Shown piece by piece: positions 1 through 12,419 of a stretch of 64,000 nucleotides of DNA. The DNA is taken from the NCBI GenBank assembly GCA_030704615.1, contig CM060731.1, positions 29,884,001-29,948,000 of the forward strand, in the 5' to 3' direction. Every line of letters begins with the position of its first letter. Within the stretch, counting starts at the first letter, position 1. Under the pieces are notes generated by a model. That model made no database searches. It worked only from the letters and a program-made list of their open reading frames with translations, and was not told where the DNA came from. The DNA is from Takakia lepidozioides. Taxonomy: Eukaryota > Plantae > Bryophyta. The translations under genes were made by a program, and so were the position numbers.

Positions 1-73
1 GCAGAGATGACCTATCACTGTTCAATTCGATACACCCTCCTACAAAATCAGAGGAATACAGGTGCAACAGTAC

Positions 74-1500
74 CTGAAATGTCGAGTGTATACTTGGCTG
101 TTCCATCGTAGTTGAAAATACCCCAGTGCCTCTCAAAGGGTCCTGGTAAAATACTCTTAGCATCCTCATCCAGGAGGCCAAACAAATAGCCCTGGATCTG
201 CATATTTGGGCGCAATGGTGTGCCCTGCCCATTCAGCAGGTGATTCACAAGCTCCTGGTTAAACCTCTGTGCATATTGTATGTTTGCAGAAGGAGTACCA
301 TCGGTAGGCCATCCAATCTCCCCAACGATTATGGACATGTTGCTATATCCAGCACTTGCCAAGGCTGACACCAGACCGTCATAGCTTGCATCAAACACGT
401 TTTCGTAAGTGTTTGCTCCGTCATGAATTGGACTCGTACTTCCATCGAAGAAAGCAAAATCTAACGGGAAACCGGGATTTTGGTACAAGGTGATGAAGGG
501 ATACAAGTTGATACAGAATGGGGCCTCCCACTCATTTAAGAACTGCACAATTTGATCCATGAGGGAAGCAATGTCACTGCGAAATGTGACCTGCGATGGA
601 AATGAAGCGCCACTCAAAACATCTGCATTGAATGGGACTGTTGCCTTCACTCTCGACGCATATCCTGCCTGAGCCAGGGCATTCTCCATGTTTTGAAGTG
701 CTGGAAATAAGGTGCTCTGATAAATTCCATTGTACGCGGCCAGAAATGGCTCGTTCCCCACCCCCACATACCTGCCAACACCAGCCTCTTAGGGATCTAA
801 GTCGGACTGCATAAAGAGATGTATTGCTCAAATTCTTGGTAAGAAAGATCTTTACCGGCGCGGATCTCGCTCGCTTCATCATCTCTCTCTGTACTTTGCA
901 ACCATCCCCAATCCATCACTTAAAGCCATGTGGGAGGACAGATAGAGTGAGGATCAACTATCAATGAGATTTTACTTCTTGTGAGGAAGCCTGCGATCGC
1001 CAGTATATGACGACACACTCTCTCTCTCTGTCCCTCTTCACCTACACATACTAGCGGATATGAACGTGCGCTTAGCCAGCTATGTAAGCATACATTCTAG
1101 GGGTTGTAAGCGGAATCTCTTTCAAATGCAAGAAAGAGACCAGCGAGACTTACTTGATGTTGACGCCCCCACTGTATAAAAACTGGGTGACATTCTGCTT
1201 GACCCAATTTGTGGCAGCATTTGGGTCATTGGCAAGAGAGTCAAGCAAGTCATTAGGAGCCGCCACCATGACCTCGATGTTGGTTCCCGCAAGAGCTCGA
1301 AGCACCTCGTTATCAGCATCAAACAGCTTCACTTTAGTGATTTTGTTGTCCTGCAGCATGTTCACCACAATTTGTGGCGGTAGGGGGTTGATGGAGATTG
1401 TCCCCCAGTTTACCCCAATTGCATTCACCCCTTCTTGTAACGCACACCCTATGAAGAGGATCGGAAGCAGCCCGGTACACAAGCGCCAGCTCACTGCCAT
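74..1500 (-). CDS. Glucan endo-1,3-beta-glucosidase (GH17), first two coding exons; 3' end continues off the window
   Basis: Exons 1500-1154 and 771-74 joined by a GT-AG intron give a signal peptide, IGVNWG, K|YVGVGNEPF, GEIGWPTDG and FERHWGIF GH17 motifs. Another donor site at 73. Confidence 0.93.
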
Positions 1501-2459
1501 CCTGGCCTTTCAGATCAATGGTCGCTCTCAAACAAGAATCCACTCCAGCGGCTCGCAATGGCTTTCGCTTAATGCTCCACCGGCGGGGTCGTACAACAGA
1601 TCCACGAGACCTGTTACCAAAGCCGAATGAAGTGATCTTCACTTCCTCTGCTGGATGCTCCACAAGAGCTGTTGCTCCAAGCTTTCCCGCCGACGTTCGT
1701 TTCTCTGATCCCTCTGAGCGCAAGCTACAAGTGCTGATATAATGCTGCTGCTGCTCCACCCAGAGCTCGTTGCAAGCTGGAATCCTGCAAGCAACTTCAA
1801 CCGTGCCGACCTCTGGACTCCAGAACCCGACACGACAAACCAGACACGCCTCCTTCCAGCTCAATCTCAAGTGAAGACAAGCACGAGATGGAGAAGATTT
1901 ACAAACGTGCCCCACATATAAGAACCGTGACAGATCCGAACCAGGAGACCACCGGAAGAAATGCGAACGTCTACCCCGTTGAAGAAGAAAGGAAACCGAA
2001 GACCCCTTTGAGATGCGGGGGAGGGAGATGCGTTGTAGGGAGGGAGGACGTTCCCAGGGCAGCTCAGGCTGGCGAAATCGAGCTGCCAGCACTGGCCCGC
2101 TTCACCATAGCCGAGCGAGGCAGAGCTCGCTTCGCTAATCAACCCCCCCACACCGTAGTGCTAGTAACTAGTAACTTCTTCGTAGCTTACATTCTGCTGA
2201 CCTGTTTCACTACTTCCTTGTAACCCGCCTCACTAGTTGCTTTTCTCCTACTTTGTTTTTGTTTTTGTTTTCAGAAACAGGGGGATTGTAGCCCGGTAGA
2301 ACTTTATTACAAGAGGTAAGGAAAAAATAACCTTACAAAGGGCCGTTTGCTTTTCTCCTACTTTTCCTCAGTTTCCACGGTCTTCAGTGACTTTTTATTT
2401 TTATTTTTGATTTTTCATATTTTTGGTTTTATTTTTTTATATTTGTTCTCATTTTTATT

Positions 2460-2675
2460 TTTTATTTTGAGAGAAGAGGGACAGTAGCCTCAAAAAATTT
2501 ATAGATAGTGGAAACACCAGCCCCAACAACTGGGCTTGGAGGGGGGAAATAAACCCCCTTTCTGAGCCGTGGAGGAGGCATTACAGGGGCAGAGCCACAA
2601 TCGGAGACAGATGAGGCTGGGGTTTGAACCCCAGACCGGGGGTTCAATACACAGGTGGCTTAACACCAGGCCACA
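2460..2675 (-). mobile_element. tRNA-derived SINE
   Basis: Minus strand reads TGTGGCCTGGTGTT (A-box-like) ... GGTTCAAACCC (B-box) with an A-rich tail; no intact tRNA cloverleaf. Confidence 0.6.
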
Positions 2676-4280
2676 GCACTGTTGTGACTGTATTTTTTTT
2701 AACATTTTAGTGTTAGTCATTTCATTAGTGCTCATAATCTATTTACTATCTCTTTTTACTATTCACTACATAGTAGAAACATAATGATTTGAACAGAATT
2801 AATTTATTCTTCATACTCAACAGTTAAGGGATGGATGAATGTCCTATATGTGGACGGTTGTCCCATGATTGACTTGTCCCCTCCTTTTTGGGACGACTGA
2901 GGTCAATAACAGGACAAAGTTACGAGTTGAATATAGTCAAATTATTCTATTGAATCATGACTAATGCTACTTTTCAATTAAACCAAATAGTAGCCTCTGT
3001 TTCTACAACCGGGAAAAAAAAGAGAAAAAGTTTGTGATGGATACCAAGTTACCGTTACCATTTTTGTAATCCGCGGATTTGTGAGCCATTCCCCGTGGTG
3101 GCACTAGTTGCTCTTCAGATAAGGAAATAAACGGAGAGCGGAAACCCTTTCATTTTATACAAGGACTAATGAGTCGCACCGTGGATCTTGTTCACAACGT
3201 TAGCTTCGGCCGGAGTTTTTCTCAAAGCATGATGCTCCCACCGGCTATCTCCTCCCTCTAATCCAATTTAAGCTTAGTAGGCCCACATTGTCCAACAATT
3301 TTGGCCACTAGTTGAATGTAAGTGTATAATACTAATATTTCTAAAAAATGACTGTCAAGGTTCGTTAAGTAATGTGTAATGCACGGTAAGAAGGACTAAC
3401 ACTATTCCATCTATCACTGCCGTAAGTTTGAAAATACTAACATCAATGGATGAAAGGGTAGTATTTACATACATACATACTTATGCATGGATGGATGAGA
3501 TTACCAACGTCCATCTAGATCAGCGAACGAACGAAGTTAACGACCGTTGGCTCACGAAAACGTTCGATCATGCCTGAAATTACAGCCCTTAATTATGTAG
3601 ATAAGCCACCACCAGTAGCTAATGACATACCTAGTGCCACGTAATACATATACATATATCAAGAAGGATCTGTGTACTGCCCTTCCGCCATATCAGTTTC
3701 ACTTCTACTTTCAATTTTCGCTTGACGGGAAACTAGATGAACGGTCAAATGGACGGAAAGAGCCAAAGAAGAGTTGGGACAAGTTGTACGGATGAGCGCT
3801 GTCAGCGAGGATGACTCAAGCGACAGATTTCATCCAGGACCGACCGGGATATCGTAGAGATACCTATATATGCGGCTGCAAGATTTACGCAGCGGTACAT
3901 ACGCCTCCAATACCGTGCGCTATAATGTCGGTGGGCCACGTGGCGTGCCTGGCTGTCGCCTTTGCGGATCCACCTACCCTTGTACCTTGCGGGCCCTATG
4001 ATGCCGCCTTTTGGTGTACGGAACCCTAATACCGCGTAAATTGTAATACCTACGCCTAGGTATCATCCAGGACAACTCACGAATGAACAGCTTTACAATA
4101 GGGTTTCATCCATTAGCGGAACAGCTAATGAACCGCCGATTTATCCACGTGTCAAGCATGCGCACGTGTACATGCACAGGGCAGTAATGACGAAAACAGG
4201 CAATATTCAACCAAAAAACAAAACCAAAAGTTGTTAAAATGGTTTTGCTTAATTTTAGATTTTCCTGGGGATGTTCTCAC

Positions 4281-4560
4281 GAGTGTTTTTTTTCTTAAAT
4301 TTTGAAAATAAACTGGAGTGGCTAGTGGTTTTGCAGGAAATAGCCATATTTTCTGTCCATCCACTGAAATTTGGATACGATCATCCTCCTCTGTACTTTC
4401 ATCCATGTATATCATCCATATTAGGCAAATTCGTCCATGATTTTTATTTTATTTGGAGAAGTTTGGCGATTCGTTAGAAAACAGGGAATTTACGACAGAA
4501 TATTCTATTTTATTTTGTGAGGTCGAAATATTGCGAAAATTGGCTAGAAATAAAAACACT
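4281..4560. mobile_element. hAT-like MITE, paralog of 58925-59255
   Basis: Ends (G)AGTGTTTTT...AAAAACACT. The internal sequence (ttttgcaggaaatagccatattttctg...catattaggcaaat) is nearly identical to 58975-59075. Confidence 0.7.
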
Positions 4561-5937
4561 AATACAAAAGAAAAAAAAGAAAAAAACCAAAGACACTTAC
4601 TCCAACTTCTTACCTCTGTGAAAGTTAGCAGCAGCTTGGAGAAGAGTATCTTTGCAGTGTGAACAAGTTTCATAAAAGCACATGCCAAATCCAGGGTCTC
4701 AGAGAAAGACGGTGGGGGCACTTGGATAGATGTTAGATGCCCATGGTGGTGGTGGGGCCTCGAGCTGCAGAGACGAATGCCAGTAGAAACTGTGAGACTG
4801 AAATGGAGACGTTGGATTGGGACTGGGGAGAGCTGCAGCAGGGAGGGTGGGCCCTCCTGCTGTGTTGGGTGCACTTGTCGTGGGCCGACTTGCAGAGAGG
4901 GAAGAAGGAGAGATTGATAGCGATGGAGAGCTTGCGTAATGAGCGCCCCCCTCCCCCGCATTGCCCTGGACTGCTTCGGAGGTGGGTCTTGAGTAAACAA
5001 CAATTTCATACCTCATAACTTGTGGTATGCAAATCAGACCCCACTCTTATTATTGATGTTGCCAGGCTCCACTTTTGACTTCGCTGCATCGTCTGTCAGA
5101 ATCTCTCTCGCTCCCTCCAACTCCGCGCTCTTGGGGATTTTCATGGGTGTTGCGAAGCTGCTTCCGTCACTACAACCAGTGTCTATTTTTGAACTGCAAC
5201 GCCCTTCATTTTGCGAAAATGCTCCGTATGAGGGGCAACGTGCTGCCATATAAAGACAGTGGATACTGGGAATGATGTAGTCAGTATTGAACGGAATGGA
5301 CAAAACTGCGAGATTACCTGGGTAGATTATTAGACAGGGATCTTCAAACTCCAGTGTCGGGCCAGTCTGGGAGTGATCAGGTCACTGCTAAATCTGGAGC
5401 GAGGAATTTGGCTTTACTCAAGTACGTACCACAACACAAATACTGCAACCCTGTCTTGTAAATGCCCTGCTGTGGCTCAGAAGGTGGCACCTGGCATTCC
5501 TCATGGGCCTTGCCTCATTACCTCTTGCAGACCCACAAACAAGGAAACTGAAGGATGGATCCTGCAAGTCTAACAAAGCAAGGAATTGGTGTTGGCCTAT
5601 GCCTTTGTACCTCCCAGGAGTTGTTGCCACTGCTGTATAAATCCAAATCCAAATAGTATTCACTCTTCCTCTACCCTCAGCCTGGGGATGGCTGCCAATC
5701 TCTTTTGGCAGGGGACATTGTTGTGTTCATAGTTGAACTTTTTTGTACAGAGGACGTAGAGGAGGACAATTCAACTAGTGTGATGAGGTGAAATCAAGGC
5801 CTATTTAGTTCCCAAACATCCACAAACGAATGGTAGATCTCCAACCTTGTGTGGAATGAAAAGCAGTTCATTAACATTAGGTGGATTAGGAGGTGGGCAA
5901 CTCAAATCAGTCAACAAGGGAATGTACACAAAGGGGG

Positions 5938-8900
5938 TCATAGCGTTAAGGACATTTCTCTTAGCGGTATGAATGGAAGCATTCCTTCCCCAAATAAGTC
6001 GACCAATGATGCTAACAATGACCCAACATCTGCATCCTCCTTCCATGCTTCCGCCAGAGGTGTTGCTTTGGCCCTAATCCTGTCCCTTTTACCACTGTCA
6101 TCCATGGAGCTGGCCTCTGGGGCCTTGCCTCTCCCTTTACCTCCGTCTCTGTCTTCTCCTGGGCTGATGTCCTCTGCCCCATCTGTATTTCTTTCCTCAC
6201 TCACAGAACCTGCTGCATCACTGGCAGATAATTGGGGGCCTGCAGGGGTCCCACTTTCCATGTGCAGTTTCTTTTGAGTGTGCTGAGTTGAGTCACCAAT
6301 GACAGGCCGCTTCCTTGATGGAGATACCTGCATCGGTGATGCCAGTCCTTTTGAAGGTGTGCCTGCACAATGCAACAAATACAGACCACATTCACTTAGC
6401 CAGTCAACAGGACAGCTCTTCCACAGGAACACAGTGGTAGGTCACCCATGCCACCGCAGCCCTGGGCAACTTACTATGGAAAAGGTCCACAAGAAAGCTT
6501 GTGTCTTGAATCAGACATAGAGCTCTTCATAAGATTGAATTCTGGAGCCTGCATTAGGCTACCTTCTCTGACACTATCATGAATTCACATCAATACACGA
6601 CGAAATACTCACAGTGGTACATATGCATATTACGAGACCATATCCATTGAAAGTACGGAAAAGCATTGGAAATGGACCCATGAAATCACCAGAATCTGTC
6701 TGAGGTGTGGCGACTTTTGTCAACGCCTTGAGGGGTGTGCGCAGTGTGGGAGGCAGAAGGTGCAAGTGTCCCTTCAGTTTCTCATACATACATGCCCCAG
6801 AAGCATTCTGTAGGTCCCCACCCACCCCATTAGCAACGTGCACATGGGATATAAGCCCTCCGAACATCTGCAGATGTAACTTTCCCATATCTATGCCTTT
6901 TGAGGACGTAATTTCTGCTTTCAGATGCAACATATTGAGTGACAAAATGTGTCCAAGTGGAAGAGGGCAACCTGTAGAGCACCATAGACACGCCAAGCCT
7001 CATATCGCTTCATCTCATTGGGTTGACTGTCAGAGCTTAGCTCAGGGGCTAGCAAATGAAGGTATAGCTCCAAATTCGGCAGGACCAACAAGCGCACCTA
7101 CCATCCACATTACCTTCTGTCATTGAGCACTAGTTCTGCCATCATTAATCAATAGAATGACACAAGTTCCTGCCAAATAACTGTCCATCAATTCAGAAAG
7201 GCACACACTATTATAGAGGCGTAGAAGATCATACCACACGTGATCCGAGAGCAGCTAGGCCTCGAATAGCACCGTAATGCTGAGTCATGGCTCGCTTTGG
7301 GTCCAAAAATGCATGCAGTAGGGTGCGTGTGACCCGCGGCTGTAGATTGTGATATACATGGCCGAATCTGTACCCAACTTACACCCAATAAAGTCAGTCT
7401 TGAGGGGTGTAGATGCTGAACACCATACACAGAAACAGGCACAAACAAAGAGAGAACCTATAACCGTGCAGAGGGCCAAGAGAGAGAGAGAGAGAGAGAA
7501 GAAAGTGGGCCCTCATGAAGCAGCACAAAAACAACTAGTCATCAAGTGATTCTCTAAGATGGATATCCTCATGCAGACATGCTGGCCGAATCTCTACCCA
7601 ATTTACACCCCATAACAGGTAGTCAGTCTTGAGGGGTGTAGATGCTAACCACCATACATAGAAACAGGCACGAACAAAGAGAGAACCTATATTCCATGCA
7701 CAGAGGGGCCAGAGAGAGAGAGAGAGAAGAAAGTGGGGCCCTCAAGAAGCAGCACAAAAACAACTAGTCATCAAGTGATTCTCTAAGATGGATATCCTCA
7801 TGCAGACACGCTGCCATGACTGTCTGATCCTTCAAATGAAAGTCCTCGGCAAGGGATTGTCTATCCTGGAATAGGCGATAGTATCGCCCTGGATCTTGTA
7901 GTAAGAAGAACAGTGAAAGAGAAAATGTTTTGCAGTTTCAATCTCCCCTCTCTAATCTCTAGCACAAGCTGGCAGATGCGGTGACACTCCAGGTTGTCCC
8001 AGCTACCAGTCTCTATCCGCAGGCTGTCTGAGTCTACCCTAAACCTTCTTCTTGCCCATAGAAGAGATGGAGATAGAGTTGCAGGCATGTAATTGGAGAA
8101 AGAGAGAGAGAGGACAAGGGGCTGAGGGGGAGATGAATGAATATATATCATAGAATCAGTTACAGGAGCAACATGGGGACACACCGTCTGCAGATGAATG
8201 CCACAAGACCCGCGGTGAAGTCACGAAGGTCCCAGTGATTTTCCACAGCCTTGCCACCCAATCGCTTGGCCACCAAGCATGTTATGACGGACGGCATCAG
8301 CTGGTGCAGCTATCACACACATTACCAACAATCAATAACTCTTATGTCCTAACAGGCTTTTCTTGACAGAGTTCCAGACTGATGCTTATAGGCCTACTAC
8401 ACAATGCTATCTCTCCATCAAGAACAGGTGGTAACCCATCAGCAAGCACAGGCCTCTGCCTCAGTGATCAACCCCAAAAAAGGAGACGTTGACGAAAGCT
8501 TACATAAGGCTCGATATGTATATGTGGGTTGAGCAACAGACTTTGGACCAATCGCATCAATGAAAAGAGCAGCTGAAAGTCATCCAGACTGCGGGTTACC
8601 TGCCAACACTATTCACTACCCATCAGCAGCAGCCAAAGACTTCCTGTGCCAGAGCACCCAGTTAGACACCTCCCCTCATACAGTTGAATCGATGATCTGT
8701 ATCAGATGTTAAAATGAGGAGCTTTTAAGATTTGGTGGTGATGTAGTGTACCCATAACTCAGAAAATTGAAACAATGAGCAGAACATCTACAATTATGTG
8801 AGGCCCAGTCAGAGGTAACAGGACTCTGAGCCGTCGAGTGTCAAGCACTCACAGGGATAAGAATAATAAATCCTAGTTGGAAGTAAAATCGAGACAACTT

Positions 8901-11207
8901 TTTCGAACTAAAAATCACATGTATACATCACCAAGGTGGCACTGAAGCACATTGGCCTGGAATGGTGATATTATCATGACTGTAGTTTACCAGCCAAGAA
9001 GGAGAGATCCCACCAAGCAGTTCATTGTCATCAGTGTAAGAAGTGAAAGTGGTAGAGCAATACCTCATCAGCCACAAACTGGGTAAAATAGGGGACCAGT
9101 GGATGCAGGCCAGAATCGGTGGCCAAGCTTACAAATGCATCACGAAGCAGCAGTGTATCACCTGCTGTTATGATGAGCTCCGTTATTTTCTCAAAGTAGA
9201 GCTGCACTCACCACCAGTGAGACTAGCTCAATCAGATTTGATTTATACAGGAAACAGCTGCTTCTTCTGCCTCATTCTGTCACTAGTTATTCAATCATGC
9301 GATGTCTCATGTAATTGGCAGGGTACCCACCTGAAGCTCTCTGGAGAGAACATGTTTGACTGGCGGTTTCACATCAATGGCCCCATCATCATCCTTGTGA
9401 ACACCATGACCATCTGCCCTTGTTGTCTCAGGAGGCACTGCAAGATCTGGGCGACCACACCACGGAGAACTCCTGAGCCAGTTAGAGAGACACCACCAAG
9501 GAAGACCTTACACAGTCAAGCAAATCTTCTCAACTGGTCGAAACCCATTCCCTTGCACAATAAGGATAACCCTGGCTTAAAAATATGCTGGTGGTGGAGA
9601 GACAAACCTGCCAGAGTATGAATCACATGCGTAAAAGGAAGATTCTGAGCTTCTGACATGAATGGCTATGTTCTGGTAGATAATACAGCATCCAAGTGAA
9701 TTGGGGCGATACCCTTTGCAGTCACACCCACAAGCCCAGAATCACATAAGGAAATTCACCTAAATACCACAAGATCACACACATGACTTGCTGGAAATTT
9801 CTACAGGAAGTCGTTAAGAATGTAATGTTCCAGAAGCTCACTCTCAATAGGAGCATTTTCAGGAATAGCTGGCTGCACACCCTCCACTGCTAGCCAGTGC
9901 GCCACAACTGACGTGTCCAAAGGAGCCTTTGGCAATGGTGCATCAATTATCTGCATTAGATCCAACCACATGATGATAGTCATAACATAGTACAATCAGC
10001 TGAAATTTGTTCACATACACGCAAGATGATGCCTACTCCTCACTCCATGGCAACCGACATGCACATCTTTTCCGCAGGATCAAAATGGAACAAATTCTTT
10101 TCAAGTTTTATAGACCCCTGCTAAACCACCACTTGATCTTAAAATTGGAAGTCCTTCTGATTGGAAGAGCCTCTGACAGGAGACTGGACATTGGCTATAA
10201 CATCCTCTGGGCCCAGTTTCAATATGAAATACTCACCCTCCCGAACTTCTTTCCAACGATACAAACTCAGGCTGATATTGCATTACGTTGATTACAGCAC
10301 TACCACCAGAATGGGTAGAGAGTGAGAGAAAGAAGATATCTGCTGTAACACCATTGCGTTGAGACAAAGAAGAGAACGGTACCTCTTTGAACTCAAGATC
10401 ACGATCTTCAACATAGAACAGGTCGGAATGGCCGAGGGCCCTCCGGAACCGTAAGGGGTCACCAGATGCAAAGCCATACAGCGGCTGCAACAAATGCCAA
10501 TACCACAGCCACAAGAGAATGCTTCAGCTCTATATTTCTAATAAACTGAATTTTGAGCTCTATAATGTAAAGGTCTGGACTACAAATCATCATGAGGTCT
10601 TATTGGATGGTGAGGGACAACAACAGTGTCCTACAGTTTAGGTCAAGTGTTGAAACCATAAAATCTCTGCTTGCAAAGAATATACTGAATATAAGAGACC
10701 TTGACTGTATTCTCACAAAACGCTAATCAGATTCCAAAAGACCCTCAATGAGCCCTATTTCTGTAGGGTGAGGATAAATTGATTCTGAAAGGGAGAGGGT
10801 GTACCTCAACATTACGGAGACTGAGAGCACTATTGACATCGTCAGTGGTAAGAATGGATCTCTTGGAATGTCGCATGCACTTTATCGCCTCCTGCACCCA
10901 CCGTGAACGCTCAGATGACTCGAGAATATTTGTATTCTCAAATCAGGGAAGACACGAGAATGAATTGTAGCTGTGTGGGACTCATTGGCTTCAACATATT
11001 GAACGCGAATTCGGACGCATCACTGGATTTCTTCAACCTGAATGGCAAAAGCGATCGACTTGCAATGTAGTTTAAATTTACCTGCATGATTTCGCGCATA
11101 CGGTACTCCACATCGGGTGCCAGCGCTGCGGCGACATCGTCATGCAAATTGGTGATGCCAATGCTCTGTGCAATGATCTGAATGGTGTCCTTTGGTACAA
11201 TACTCAT
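5938..11207 (-). CDS. TAF6: Transcription initiation factor TFIID subunit 6 (multi-exon)
   Basis: [17 protein letters not shown]...[11 protein letters not shown]|[11 protein letters not shown] histone fold; [13 protein letters not shown]; [15 protein letters not shown]; [18 protein letters not shown]; [12 protein letters not shown]; C-terminal [14 protein letters not shown] boundaries traced for most exons. Confidence 0.95.
7360..7813. repeat. ~225 bp tandem duplication in a TAF6 intron
   Basis: 7360-7583 and 7584-7813 are near-identical, including a (GA)n tract. Confidence 0.9.
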
Positions 11208-12419
11208 CTCCGCCCGCCTACAAACTCCGATGGCCTCAGCGATTGAGAAGCCTGTACATCTCACCTGCTAGCAACACACTCTCTAACCCTAATTCTTCAC
11301 AGAGAGCTTCCTTGGTAGGATTCTCACACAGTGCATTCCTCCCCAGTTGTAGTAATGGACAATTATCATCCTTCAGGATCATATATATTCTCGGTATCAC
11401 ATCCACAGGAGTAGCTATGTAACCCCTAACTATGTAACCCCTAACTTAACTTGGCTGCTGCAGGGTGGTCCCACACATTCGAACTGGAGTAAGTGATACG
11501 CTGTGAACAAGCTTGTTTTGGCGGCAAGTTGCTTCACTGCATGCATCACCTTACAATTCTTCTGCAAACGCTCACCTACACAGATTCCATGGATCCGGAA
11601 GCTCTGTTTTAATGCATCCATGTAACTGTGGGTAGAGAGCGACCAGAAAGATTGTCTGTTATGAAGCTAGGGGTAGAGCCGTCATGTTGGAAGGTGGGTT
11701 TCATTAGAAGACGTTCACAGAAGCCTAGCCCAGAAAGCATCGTTTCATTCCTTCTCCTTGCATGATCCACTGTGAGGGCATTGTGAGATGAGTGGGATCA
11801 AGTCTGTATGTGTTGCGTTGGTTGCTTAAGTGAAGGCGGTTCTGAGTAGCGGCTACTGGGTGTTTCAAGTTCCAGAAAGGTCAGCTTCTATCTGCACTCT
11901 CCTCGGAGGGAATCCACTGTGCGGGGCTATTGTGTTCAGTTTCATCTCCTGGGGATTGGGCTTCAAGGGAAAGCTCAATTGTTTATAGGCGTTGTGATGC
12001 CTCGATGCGTTGGGTAGAATGGATTTCGATCTCTCGTTCTCTTGTTAGCTATGCCTACAGGAAATGGGAAACGACATTGATCCAGAAGTTTCTCAAACGC
12101 TTTCCTGTTTTACCATGCTTGGATTGAAGGTGCTGAGCATCACTTTTTCAAATTCATTATGCTGGAAATGGAATCTGCAGTCGAAGTGGCACTTGAATTT
12201 CTTGCCTATCTCAATGTACATGTAAGCATACCTCAAAATGCATCAGACCATAATCTTGAGAGCTCGGGATGAAATTGCTTATTGCAATTTTCAGCGAGCA
12301 CTCAGAGCAATTTATGCCTTAGTAATGGTTGGTAATAACTGCTGTCCAGATTAACACAGCCCTGATCAGTGGAAGAGTGACCACATCACAGAGTAGGTTC
12401 ATGGGTATTGCAGGAGAAG

